Assembly: GCA_012799975.1 (NCBI GenBank)
Contig: JAAZKF010000111.1
Location: 1 to 38,781, forward strand
Direction: 5' to 3'
Length of the DNA stretch: 38,781 nucleotides
Origin: Burkholderiales bacterium
Lineage (GTDB): Bacteria > Vulcanimicrobiota > Xenobia > Xenobiales > Xenobiaceae
This document shows positions 16,412-25,751 of the stretch, piece after piece. Position numbers and translations under genes: made by a program. Below the pieces are notes generated by a model, which did not search any database, was not told the origin of the DNA, and saw only the letters and a list, made by a program, of their open reading frames with translations. Numbering within the stretch: the stretch's first letter is position 1; each line of letters starts with the position of its first letter.

Positions 16412-17386
16412 TCAGTAATGGTCGGTTTCGGGCCAGGGCTCTGCCGGAGCAGAAGAGTCCCGATTTTCCTCCGTTGTCGGGGGCACCGAAGGGACGGCTG
16501 CGGTCGCCAGGGCTACCATGAGGTCCTGCCTCCCTCCCGAGGGGATCAAGGTCAAGATCCCCTGTCCTTGCAGGATCTTCTCGGTCTCCAACACCTCGAA
16601 GAGGGCCTTGGCTACCTCAGGTTCCCGGGAAATCTGGCGCAGGGCCTCCCCGACCACCTGGGGACGAATGGCTGCCGCCCGGGCGAACTCGACGGCTGCC
16701 TGGCGCTCGGCACCACCCCGGATCAAACTGACCTGGTTGGCACCATCCTGGGTGATGGCCGCGGTCACCTGGCGCAGGCGATTGACCACCTTCTCTTCGA
16801 TTTGTCGCATCATGTTCCGGTCACGGAAGTGGACCTTGCGGATGTACACCGAACCCAGGCGATAACCCCATTCGCTGGAATGTGCCGAGACCTCGGCACG
16901 CACCGTCCGGCTCATCTGGTGGCGATTCTCCATCATGTCGGCCAGGTGCAGGTTGGAAAGGCAGCGCACCGTGGCGTTACGGACATTGGAGTCCAGCGAG
17001 CCGCGAGGGTCGGTGTTGCGGAACAGGAAGGCCTCGGGGTCGCTGATATACATCTCATACCAGACGCCGATCCCCATCGGGGCCCCCTCTTCGGAGTTGA
17101 CCGGCAGGCTGCGCAGGTACTGCTGGTCCATCCGCATGTCTACCACGTGACAACGGCCCAGGAATCCGACCAGCCAGGCATTGGGGATGCCCAGGCGCAG
17201 GGGCAGGAAGTGCAGCCCGGGCTCGTCCAGCTTGCCGATGACCTTGCCGAAGAGCTCGAAAACCAGACATTGCCTCTCGTGCACCACGACCATGGGCACC
17301 AGTCGGGTGAAGGCGAAGAGGATGATCGGGACGATCATGAAGCAGACAAAAAAAGTGAAGAATGCGCTGAAGAGGAAGCTATCCAC
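16412..17386 (-). CDS. SPFH (band 7) domain membrane protein
   Basis: N-terminal TM helix, FGKVIGKLDEPGLHF, then a coiled region. Overlaps the paralog upstream. Confidence 0.8.
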   Translation of the reverse strand: MDSFLFSAFFTFFVCFMIVPIILFAFTRLVPMVVVHERQCLVFELFGKVIGKLDEPGLHFLPLRLGIPNAWLVGFLGRCHVVDMRMDQQYLRSLPVNSEEGAPMGIGVWYEMYISDPEAFLFRNTDPRGSLDSNVRNATVRCLSNLHLADMMENRHQMSRTVRAEVSAHSSEWGYRLGSVYIRKVHFRDRNMMRQIEEKVVNRLRQVTAAITQDGANQVSLIRGGAERQAAVEFARAAAIRPQVVGEALRQISREPEVAKALFEVLETEKILQGQGILTLIPSGGRQDLMVALATAAVPSVPPTTEENRDSSAPAEPWPETDHY

Positions 17387-18350
17387 GGTCGGCCTCCTGA
17401 ATCACGTGACGGGCCTTGGCATACAGGCCCAACCGGACGTTGCGCAGGTAGGCCAGCAGTCCCCCCTCCTGGCGCAGGCGCCGCAACTGCTCGGCCATCT
17501 GGATCAGGGGTTCAACCTCCGCCTGGGCTTTGAGGGTCTCGATCTCGACAGCCCGGCGCGACTGAACGATCTTCTGGTCCGCTGAAGCCTGGGCCAGACT
17601 TATATCGCTCGAGACATAGTTGTGCGCGGTGTTGATCGCGGCCAGAGCAGACTCGACCTCATTGGGCGGGTCGATCCCCGTGATCAAGGCCGCGTTCAGG
17701 GTGATACCGTAGCGGGCTGTCGACGGCGTGCACTCCATCTCCATATAATCGTTGATGTCGCGAAGATTCTTGCGCAGGTCGTTGATCGAGACCCCACTGA
17801 CGTTCTGGATAAGGGTTTCTGAAGAATCCCCGGTTTCCTGGGGAGGGGCCTCGAAATTCGCCAGGCGCTCGCGCAGGATCGAGTGAACGAAGCCCATCAC
17901 ATGGGCCACGGGATTCTTGACGCCGAAAAGGTAGGCGTAAAGGTTCTGTTCCGAGATAGTGTAGCGGATCTGCCCCGTGATCCCGGTATTCAATTGGTCC
18001 TTGGTGACGGCCTCGAGGACCTCGCCTTCCTGGTTGGCCAGGGGGTTTTCAGGATCAAAGCCGATGCTGGCCGTCTGGGTCGCGACCGAGACCTTGTAGA
18101 TCCGTTCCCAAGGCATGCGGAAATAGGGTCCTCCGGGTGGGATGACCCGAACCCGCGGATAAGCGTAGCGCTCTTGCTCCTCGGCGCTGAGATTTTCGGT
18201 GACGGTCAGGTTCTCGGCCAGGCGCTCTGCCCGACCGAAGATGGTCTTGACCGCTCTCTCGTTGGGCCCCACGGTGTAGATCCCTCCGAGAAGGTAGCGG
18301 ACCACGAACCAGGCCACCACCCCGACGAACATTCCCGCCAGGGTGCCCAT
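17379..18350 (-). CDS. SPFH (band 7) domain membrane protein
   Basis: TM helix, YTVGPNERAVKTIFG, GGPYFRMPW, AVTKDQ and ITGIDPP motifs. Confidence 0.82.
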   Translation of the reverse strand: MGTLAGMFVGVVAWFVVRYLLGGIYTVGPNERAVKTIFGRAERLAENLTVTENLSAEEQERYAYPRVRVIPPGGPYFRMPWERIYKVSVATQTASIGFDPENPLANQEGEVLEAVTKDQLNTGITGQIRYTISEQNLYAYLFGVKNPVAHVMGFVHSILRERLANFEAPPQETGDSSETLIQNVSGVSINDLRKNLRDINDYMEMECTPSTARYGITLNAALITGIDPPNEVESALAAINTAHNYVSSDISLAQASADQKIVQSRRAVEIETLKAQAEVEPLIQMAEQLRRLRQEGGLLAYLRNVRLGLYAKARHVIQEADRG

Positions 18351-18469
18351 GGCATATCCTCCCTTTCAAGAGACTCCAGGGCGGCGAATTCTGGATGGAT
18401 GGGCCGGGTTCCTGGATGTCTCGGGGACAAGAATAGCCTCCGCGATTTCATGATAGGATGGGTCTTGTC

Positions 18470-19147
18470 ATGACGGAGGAACCGAGCACCATCCTGGTCG
18501 TCGACGACGAGGAGTCGATCCTGGAACTGCTGGACCTGGGTCTGGGTCGCGAAGGATTCCGGGTTCTGGCGGCGCGTACCGGAGCCGAGGCTTTGGACTT
18601 GTTCCGCGCCGAGAACCCGGACCTGGTAGTCCTGGATTGGATGCTGCCCGAAGTGGATGGGCTGGAGGTCTGCCGGCGCCTGCGCGCCTCGAACCAGGTT
18701 CCAATCCTGATGCTGACGGCACGCAACGACGTGGATGACCGGGTCCGGGGCCTGGAGACCGGAGCCGACGACTACCTGCCCAAGCCCTTCAAGTTCAAGG
18801 AACTCCTGGCTCGGGTGCGAGCCTTGTTGCGCCGGGCCGGTAGCGATCCCGGGAATCGCCTGGGATTCGACGATGTGGTCCTGGACCGCCGCGAGAGGCG
18901 CGTCACCCGAGCTGGCCAACCGGTAGAACTGACAGTCAAGGAATTCGAGATCCTGGAGTACCTGCTGCGCCACCCCCGCCAGGTCCTCTCGCGCGAACAA
19001 ATCCTCAACCAGGTCTGGGGCTGGGACTACCCCGGGGGGGCCAACGTGGTCGAGGTCCACCTCAGCGCCTTGCGGGCCAAACTGGGCGACTCGGACCGCC
19101 GGTTGATCCGGACCGTCCGGGGGGTGGGATATGCCCTCGGCTCGTGA
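18470..19147 (+). CDS. OmpR-family response regulator
   Basis: VVDDE, LDWMLP, GADDYLPKPF and winged-helix IRTVRGVGY. Alternative start at 18458. Confidence 0.95.
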   Translation: MTEEPSTILVVDDEESILELLDLGLGREGFRVLAARTGAEALDLFRAENPDLVVLDWMLPEVDGLEVCRRLRASNQVPILMLTARNDVDDRVRGLETGADDYLPKPFKFKELLARVRALLRRAGSDPGNRLGFDDVVLDRRERRVTRAGQPVELTVKEFEILEYLLRHPRQVLSREQILNQVWGWDYPGGANVVEVHLSALRAKLGDSDRRLIRTVRGVGYALGS

Positions 19148-20660
19148 ACGGAGAATCCTGCTCCCCGACCTGCCCCTGGCCTGGTTGGTAGCGGCCGGCT
19201 ACATCACCTGTCTGGTCGCCACCATCCTGCTGCTGGCCCTGGTCCTGCACCAATTGCTGGCCCGCTACCTGTGGTTCTCCACCCAGATGCGTCTGGTCGG
19301 TCAGGCTCGCAGCGCACTGGCTCTTACCGAGGGTGGTCGGGAACAGCGTCTGGCCCTCTCCGACCTGGCCCGACGCGAGCCCCATGAGGTGGTGCGTCTC
19401 CTGGCGGAAGCCGGTCTGACCTCCCGAATCCTGGACCCGCAAGGCCGGACCGTGGCCCAAGCCGGCCCGGAAGTCAAAGGGATGCCTCTACCCTCCCCGG
19501 AGCATCTCATCCGCGCGCGGAGCGGACGGATGGGGCGCCGTATGGTCGGGACGGCCTGGCTCGCGGAGGCCCCCCGCCGGCGCATGCTCCTGGTCCTGAT
19601 GCCCCTGGGCCCCCCACGGAGCTCGCCCCCCTGGCTCCAACTGGGGGCTCCCTGGCGCTTCGCCGAGGAACTCAACACCGAACTGGGCAGGATGCTCCTG
19701 TGGACGGGGCTGGGGGCCCTGCTCCTGGGCCTGGGTACCAGCCTGGTGATCGGCAGGCTCCTGGCCCGGCCGCTCCAGCACCTGGCTGCCACCGCCCACC
19801 GGGTGGCCGGCGGGGATCTCCAGGCCCGGGCCGGGCTCCCCGCAGGACGCAACGAGATCTCTGCGGTCGCTGCGGCCTTTGACGAGATGGTCGCGCGCCT
19901 GGAGCAGAGCTTCGCGGCCCAGAAGCGCTTCGTAGCCGACGCCTCGCACGAGCTCAAGACCCCCCTGACCTCGATCTCAGGCATGGCTGAGCTTCTCGAG
20001 CAGGCGACTCCTGAAGAGCAGCGCCGAGCCCTGGGCATCCTGCAGAAAGAAGCCAACCGCATGGGGCGGCTCATCGAAGAACTCCTGGCCCTGTCCCAAG
20101 CCGAGGAAATGCCACGAACCGAGAACTGGAGGATTTTCGACGCCTCCGGGCTCTTGCATGAACTGGCCGGGAGCTCATCCCTGATCGACCCGTCCCACCC
20201 GATCGAGCTGGTGATCCATGACCCTTTATGGGTCCGAGCCGACCATGACGGTCTGGCACGCGTGCTGCAGAACCTGCTGGACAATGCTCGCAAGCACTCC
20301 CCGTCGGGAACGCCGGTGAAGATCGAGGGGAGGGCGCTGCCGGGTCAGGTGGAGATCCTCATGCGGGACCAGGGACCCGGGATCCCGGAGCAGGCACTGC
20401 CCCACGTCTTCGAGCGATTCTATCGGGCCGATCCCTCGCGAGCCCGCAGCACAGGAGGAAGCGGCCTGGGTCTGGCCATCGTCCGGGAGATACTCCAAGC
20501 CCACCAAGGGCAGGCGCACCTGCGCAACCACCCTGAAGGCGGCCTGGAGGTCCTGATCCGCCTGCCTTCAGCGGATCTTCAGGACCAGACCCTTCCTTCT
20601 TCAGCTGCCTCCTGCAAAATGAAGACACAACCCACCGACACCGTGGAGGTCGAAAGATGA
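19131..20660 (+). CDS. HAMP-domain sensor histidine kinase
   Basis: Two TM helices, HAMP, ASHELKTPL, NLLDNA, DQGPG, FERFYR and GSGLGL. Confidence 0.93.
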   Translation: MPSARERRILLPDLPLAWLVAAGYITCLVATILLLALVLHQLLARYLWFSTQMRLVGQARSALALTEGGREQRLALSDLARREPHEVVRLLAEAGLTSRILDPQGRTVAQAGPEVKGMPLPSPEHLIRARSGRMGRRMVGTAWLAEAPRRRMLLVLMPLGPPRSSPPWLQLGAPWRFAEELNTELGRMLLWTGLGALLLGLGTSLVIGRLLARPLQHLAATAHRVAGGDLQARAGLPAGRNEISAVAAAFDEMVARLEQSFAAQKRFVADASHELKTPLTSISGMAELLEQATPEEQRRALGILQKEANRMGRLIEELLALSQAEEMPRTENWRIFDASGLLHELAGSSSLIDPSHPIELVIHDPLWVRADHDGLARVLQNLLDNARKHSPSGTPVKIEGRALPGQVEILMRDQGPGIPEQALPHVFERFYRADPSRARSTGGSGLGLAIVREILQAHQGQAHLRNHPEGGLEVLIRLPSADLQDQTLPSSAASCKMKTQPTDTVEVER

Positions 20661-21238
20661 AGAACCTGAACCACTTCCTGCTGAGCGCCACCCTGGCCCT
20701 GAGTCTGGCGATGACCGGAATGGCCCTGGCCCAGGGGCCCGATTCCCGAGGGCCGGGGCCCAGGCGCCCGGGCTGTTGCCAAGTCAAACGGGGGGGCGGC
20801 CAAGGCCAGCAAGCCCCGCTGGCGCGGATGGCCCGCCATCTCAATCTCACCGACCAGCAGGTCCAGCAGATCGAGCCCATCATGAAGGAGTTCCGCGAGA
20901 AGGGGCAGGCCCATCGGCAGGCCCACCGCACCGCCTTCGAATCCATTCTCACGGCAGACCAGAAGGCCCGCCTGGCGCAGATGAAATCCGAGAACCGACG
21001 AGGTCCGCGCGGCTCGGGCTGGGCCCGGCTGGACCTGACCGACGAGCAGAAGGCCCGCCTGCAGTCGATGCGTGAAAAGGCCCAGGCCGAACGCCAGGCC
21101 GAAGTACAGACCCTGAAGGACCGGCTGGGAACCATCCTCACCGCCGAACAGAAGGAGAAGGCGGAGCAGTTCTTCAACCAACGCCCCCATCGGAAGGCTC
21201 CTTGCAGGAGGACTGACCCGAAATGCCCCAACTTCTGA
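20657..21238 (+). CDS. Spy/CpxP-like secreted protein (LTxxQ repeats)
   Basis: Signal peptide and four LTxxQ motifs (LTDQQ, LTADQ, LTDEQ, LTAEQ). ATGA overlap with the kinase. Confidence 0.85.
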   Translation: MKNLNHFLLSATLALSLAMTGMALAQGPDSRGPGPRRPGCCQVKRGGGQGQQAPLARMARHLNLTDQQVQQIEPIMKEFREKGQAHRQAHRTAFESILTADQKARLAQMKSENRRGPRGSGWARLDLTDEQKARLQSMREKAQAERQAEVQTLKDRLGTILTAEQKEKAEQFFNQRPHRKAPCRRTDPKCPNF

Positions 21239-21260
21239 TTGATCAGTACTGAAGACCTGT

Positions 21261-21288
21261 AGATGGGCCCTCCGCGGAGGGCCCATCT
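21261..21288. terminator. Perfect 28-bp palindrome after the Spy/CpxP gene (terminator or mRNA-stabilising hairpin)
   Basis: AGATGGGCCCTCCG / CGGAGGGCCCATCT; no clear U-tract. Confidence 0.55.
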
Positions 21289-21324
21289 CGTCCCTGCGGA
21301 ACTGCGAGCGTGGATTGCCCCCCA

Positions 21325-21364
21325 GGGCATGCCAGGCCTGGCCATCAAAAGGCCTGGCATGCCC
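21325..21364. repeat. 15-bp inverted repeat upstream of the PilZ gene
   Basis: GGGCATGCCAGGCCT / AGGCCTGGCATGCCC with a 10-nt loop. Confidence 0.7.
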
Positions 21365-21406
21365 CGAGAGAGAATCAGAAGGTCACCTTGGAGCGGAGGC
21401 GGACCG

Positions 21407-21799
21407 ATGAACGGCGTGCCCAGAGAACGGAGGAGACTCCCACGTTACGTCCTGCCGGGAGGAGTGCGCCCGGATGAAGACCACCTCGCCCCCCCTATCG
21501 AAATCCTGGACATCGGAGCGGGAGGCATCCGGTTTGAAACGGATCGCCGGATCCCCCCGGGACACCGGGTCCGCTTCTGGTTTGACTACTATATCATGGC
21601 TTTCAGGGTTCAATGCGAGGTGGCCTGGACCCGGCTGGGCCTGGATGGTGCCTGGGAACACGGCGCGCGCTTCGTCGACCTGAGCCGTTCCGAGACCGTC
21701 GTGGTGGAGCGCTACGTGCAAGAACTGCATCAGGTCCTCAAAGAACAGGGTCATCCCCTCCCGGAGGAATTCCTGGAGCACTCCGGAGACCCGGGCTGA
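21407..21799 (+). CDS. Stand-alone PilZ domain protein (putative c-di-GMP receptor)
   Basis: ERRRLPR (RxxxR), DIGAGG (D/NxSxxG variant) and VAW...GARFVDL. GGAGG SD before ATG at 21407. Confidence 0.85.
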   Translation: MNGVPRERRRLPRYVLPGGVRPDEDHLAPPIEILDIGAGGIRFETDRRIPPGHRVRFWFDYYIMAFRVQCEVAWTRLGLDGAWEHGARFVDLSRSETVVVERYVQELHQVLKEQGHPLPEEFLEHSGDPG

Positions 21800-21812
21800 G
21801 TCCACTGAGCCG

Positions 21813-22517
21813 ATGTGCGAGGCCCCCCCGCTTTTCAGATTTCAGGAGGCTTTTCAGTTGTCCAGGGCCTGGCCCGACCCTTCCGTTCCGGAAAAAATCC
21901 GCAAAAACACGGTGCGACTATTGCGCCCGTTCCGTCCGGACGGAGCGACGCTGCGCCTGATCCGTTGGGAGGATGAAAGCCTGGCGGTCAGCAAGGATTT
22001 CCTGGACAGCCCTCCGCTGTACCGTCGGACGGTAGGTCGTTTCCTGATCCGCCGCGAGGTTGGCGCCTATCGCCGACTTTCAGGGGTTCCAGGCCTGCCT
22101 CGCCTGCTGGCCCACCCGCACCCGGAAGTCCTGGTCCTGGAGCATATCCCGGGGACGGAGGTCCGACTCCTGGGGCCCGGAGAACTTCCGCCCGAGGCTT
22201 TGAGCCAACTGCGCCAGACCCTGGAGGAGATGCACCGGGCGGGCATCCTGCACATGGACCTGGGCCACGACAGCAACGGGGATTTCGGTCGGGATACCAA
22301 CATGATCTGGGCAGAGCACGGTCAGCTCTACCTGATCGACCTGGCCGGCGCCCTGATGATACCTCTGCCCCCCCCCCTCTTCCGGGCCCTGGCCCGTCAC
22401 GACCTGCTGGCCCTGACCAAGCTGCGCCGACGCTTCTTCGGAGGCACCGGGCCCGAGCCCGAGGAGGACCTCCCCCCCTGGGCCTGGAGGTTGTTCCGCT
22501 TCCTTCGGAAGGTCTAG
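21813..22517 (+). CDS. RIO/Kdo-kinase-like protein-kinase-fold enzyme
   Basis: VSKDF (Lys), RREVGAY (Glu), ILHMDL...N catalytic loop and LYLIDLA. The true start may be GTG at 21912. Confidence 0.7.
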   Translation: MCEAPPLFRFQEAFQLSRAWPDPSVPEKIRKNTVRLLRPFRPDGATLRLIRWEDESLAVSKDFLDSPPLYRRTVGRFLIRREVGAYRRLSGVPGLPRLLAHPHPEVLVLEHIPGTEVRLLGPGELPPEALSQLRQTLEEMHRAGILHMDLGHDSNGDFGRDTNMIWAEHGQLYLIDLAGALMIPLPPPLFRALARHDLLALTKLRRRFFGGTGPEPEEDLPPWAWRLFRFLRKV

Positions 22518-22534
22518 GAACCCGGCTGACCTCT

Positions 22535-22942
22535 TCAGATCCGGTGCATGTAGATGAAGAGCTCTTCCCTCTGGACCCGTATGGTGACCCCCAGCTTCTG
22601 CCCCTGGGCCTGAAGGTCCCGGCGCAGGGCCACCATGTTGGCTGTACTGCAGGCCGTGGTACGGGCGTGGATCAACAGGGCAAAACCGTCCGGTTGGGAG
22701 GTCTGCTCGATCCGCAGGATCTCCAGGCCCCGAGTCTCGAGCAGTGAATGGATGTGACCCACCAGCGAGGCCTGATAGGCCCCGTCCACCATGACCTGAT
22801 GGTCTCCTGCCACCACCCGGACCGGCGCCGGGGTCGGATTATCCATCTTCTCGTAACCGAAGACGGCCACCACGACGCGGCATCCCGACTCACACCGGGA
22901 GGGTTCGCATGAAAATCCGTTCGTCTGTAAGGTCTGATTCAT
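22535..22942 (-). CDS. ACT-domain protein (UPF0237-like)
   Basis: C-terminus GQKLGVTIRVQREELFIYMHRI resembles the UPF0237 tail. ATGA-coupled to mutS2. Confidence 0.7.
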   Translation of the reverse strand: MNQTLQTNGFSCEPSRCESGCRVVVAVFGYEKMDNPTPAPVRVVAGDHQVMVDGAYQASLVGHIHSLLETRGLEILRIEQTSQPDGFALLIHARTTACSTANMVALRRDLQAQGQKLGVTIRVQREELFIYMHRI

Positions 22943-25668
22943 TTCAGTCGCACCACCGTCACGCCCAGTCCTCCTTCATATATCTCACCCAACCGGTGCT
23001 CGGCCACCATCGGGTGTTTCTTGAGATAACGGGTCACTGCGGTCCGCAGTGCCCCGGTGCCCTTGCCGTGGATGATCTCCAACTTCTCGAGGTTGGCCAA
23101 CGAGGCCTCGTCGAGCCGATGATCCAATTCGAAGAGGGCCTCGTCCACCGTCATCCCGCGCAGGTCCACCCGGGTCGAGACCTCAGCCCGACGCGACTCG
23201 GGAAGGCGGACTACCTCCGAGCGGGGAGCCACCTGTTCCAGTTCATCGCAGTCCACCTTGACCCGGATGACTCCCACCTGGACCTCCACGCGCGACCCCG
23301 ACGAAGAGAGCACCGTCCCCTCCTGTCCGAAACGACGGACGTAGACGTGGGTCCCCGGCTCCATGGGCCGTAAATCCTGCGCGCGCTGCGGAGGTCGGGG
23401 GGCCAGACGGTCTACCCGCCTGGTCAACTCCTGAAGCTCGGCTTCCAAGGTCCGGGCTTCTACGCGAGCTTCCTGGTCCAGTTCATCCTGGGCGTGCCGC
23501 GCAACCGGGATTTCGGTCTCCGAACTGGTGGGCAGGAGCTCCTCGCCATCCTCGAGTTCCTCCTCCGTTGTCTGGTCGGGGAGGTCCGCCCGGTCTTCCT
23601 GAGGCCCTTCCGGAGGGGCGGGTTCCTCTTCAGAAGGAAGAGCGTCCTCTGCGGCCGGCGTCGGGTACCATCGTGCCGGTTCCGAGTCCGCCGGAGCATC
23701 GGGTCGGAAGCGGCGGACCGCCTCGCGGAGGGCCTCGGCCAGCTCGGCGGAGGCCACCGGGGAAAGTTCTGCCAGCAGTTCCAGATCCTCGGAACGGACC
23801 AGGGCTCCGGCCAGTTCGGCGGCCAGACGGCGGGCCTCTTCCAACGAATCCCTGCGGGCGCGTCCCAAAGAAGCCAGACGTTCGCGGAAGCTGCGCAACA
23901 TGCCATGCACCTGCGAGCGGGCTTCGGTCAGCAGTTCCCGAGCCTCGCGTCCCGCATCCCCCAGAAGCTGTTCGCGCTCGGTCTGGATCCCGGCCAGAAG
24001 CTCTTCATATTCCCGGCGCAGTTGCTCGGCCTGACTACGCTCGCCCTCCAGTATCTGGCCCAGGCGCTCAGCGGCGTCCCGCTCCTGCTCGAGCTCATCG
24101 AGAAGGCCCTCAACCTGGACGTGGTGACGGCCCAGATGCTCGCGAGCCCGCCGCTGCACCTCGAAGGGTAGCCCCAGACGGGCGGCGATCCGCAGAGCGT
24201 TGGAGCGACCCGGGATGCCCATGATGACCCGGTAGGTCGGTTCGAGGGTCTCGGAGTCGAACTCCACGGCGGCGTTGCTGATCCCAGCAGTTCGCGAAGC
24301 GAAGACCTTCAGTTCAGAGAGATGGGTGGTGACCACCGTCCGACAGCCATGCTCGTGCAGATATTCCAGAAGCGCCATGCCCAGGGCACTGCCCTCGGAC
24401 GGATCGGTGCCGGCTCCCAGTTCATCCAACAGCACCATGGTGCGCGGACCCGCCGCAGGCAGGATCCGGATGATCTGGGTCAGGTGCGAGGAGAAGGTCG
24501 ACAGGTTTTGGGCGATGCTCTGCTCGTCGCCGATATCCGCCCAGACCTGGTCGAGGAAAGGAAGGCGGGTCCCCGCTCGGGCCGGAACCGGCATGCCGGC
24601 CAGCGCCATCAGGGTGACCAGCCCCGTGGTCTTCAGCGAAACCGTCTTGCCCCCGGTGTTGGGCCCGGTGATGACCAGGGTCCGAACCTCGCCCGAAAGG
24701 TCCAGGGAGATCGGGACGACGTCCTCACCCGAGCGTTCCACCAGCAGCGGGTGACGTGCCTCCACCAGGTGCAATTCTCCCTCTTCGGTCAGATCGGGCA
24801 ACACACAGCCGACAGAGCGACTGTAGGCTGCCAGGGCCAGAAGGGCATCGAGATGCGCCAGTTCCTCGCCGGCCACCCGGAGTTCCTCGGCCTGGTGGGC
24901 CACCAGGCCGGAGAGGCGGGCCAGGATGGCCTCGACCTCCTTGGCCTCGGCCAAAGCGGCCGCACGCACGCGGTTTCCCATCTCCAGGATGGCCCATGGT
25001 TCCATGAATACCGTGGCGCCACTGGCCGACTGGTCGATCACCAGCCCGGGGAACTGCGAGCGGTGCTCCTGCTTGACGGGCACCACGAATCGACCGTCCC
25101 GCATGGTCACCAAGGGTTCCTGCAGCATGCGCGTGAATGCAGACGAGCGGATCAGCCGATTGAGATGGTCCTGGACGCGGGCCTGCAGGGTCGCCAACTC
25201 GCTGCGCAACTGGCGCAGGCGAGGCGAAGCCGAATCCAACACGCGGCCGTCCACCGACAAGGCCCGGAAGATCGCCTGTTCCAAGGCGGCGAAGGCGGGC
25301 AATCCCAGAGCTCGGTCCGCCAACAGGGGATGGTCGTCCTGGTGCTCGCGCAGGTAGCGCCCGGTCTTCCTGGAGGCGACCGTCAGGTCCCCCAGGGCCA
25401 GCAGATCCGCAGGCTGCAGGCTGCGTCCCTTCTCAGCGCCCTGCAGGGCCTCCCGACAATCGCGCAGGCCACCAGCGCCGATTCCCACTGCCTGATCGTG
25501 CAGCCTCAGGGCTTCACGCAGCTCCTCCTGTCGGCGTAGGGCCTCCTCCAGGGTGTCCGCCGGCTCGATCTGCAGCACCCGCTCGGATCCTGGTTCCCAA
25601 TGGGCATTGCGAGCCACGATGGCCAACACCTTGTCGAATTCCAGGACGCGTCGGGAGTGGGGATCCAT
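22939..25668 (-). CDS. mutS2: MutS2 ATPase/endonuclease
   Basis: VLEFDKV, QSASGATVFMEP, ITGPNTGGKT, IGDEQSIAQNLSTFSSH, LDELGAGTDP, a KOW-like segment and Smr domain IIHGKGTG. Start at MDPHS. Confidence 0.95.
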   Translation of the reverse strand: MDPHSRRVLEFDKVLAIVARNAHWEPGSERVLQIEPADTLEEALRRQEELREALRLHDQAVGIGAGGLRDCREALQGAEKGRSLQPADLLALGDLTVASRKTGRYLREHQDDHPLLADRALGLPAFAALEQAIFRALSVDGRVLDSASPRLRQLRSELATLQARVQDHLNRLIRSSAFTRMLQEPLVTMRDGRFVVPVKQEHRSQFPGLVIDQSASGATVFMEPWAILEMGNRVRAAALAEAKEVEAILARLSGLVAHQAEELRVAGEELAHLDALLALAAYSRSVGCVLPDLTEEGELHLVEARHPLLVERSGEDVVPISLDLSGEVRTLVITGPNTGGKTVSLKTTGLVTLMALAGMPVPARAGTRLPFLDQVWADIGDEQSIAQNLSTFSSHLTQIIRILPAAGPRTMVLLDELGAGTDPSEGSALGMALLEYLHEHGCRTVVTTHLSELKVFASRTAGISNAAVEFDSETLEPTYRVIMGIPGRSNALRIAARLGLPFEVQRRAREHLGRHHVQVEGLLDELEQERDAAERLGQILEGERSQAEQLRREYEELLAGIQTEREQLLGDAGREARELLTEARSQVHGMLRSFRERLASLGRARRDSLEEARRLAAELAGALVRSEDLELLAELSPVASAELAEALREAVRRFRPDAPADSEPARWYPTPAAEDALPSEEEPAPPEGPQEDRADLPDQTTEEELEDGEELLPTSSETEIPVARHAQDELDQEARVEARTLEAELQELTRRVDRLAPRPPQRAQDLRPMEPGTHVYVRRFGQEGTVLSSSGSRVEVQVGVIRVKVDCDELEQVAPRSEVVRLPESRRAEVSTRVDLRGMTVDEALFELDHRLDEASLANLEKLEIIHGKGTGALRTAVTRYLKKHPMVAEHRLGEIYEGGLGVTVVRLK

Positions 25669-25751
25669 GGCCGCGACTGGTTCGCAGCCGAGAAGGCACC
25701 TCCTGCGTTGTAGGCTTTCAGCGACCGTTTGCGAATAACTGCCCCAATAAC

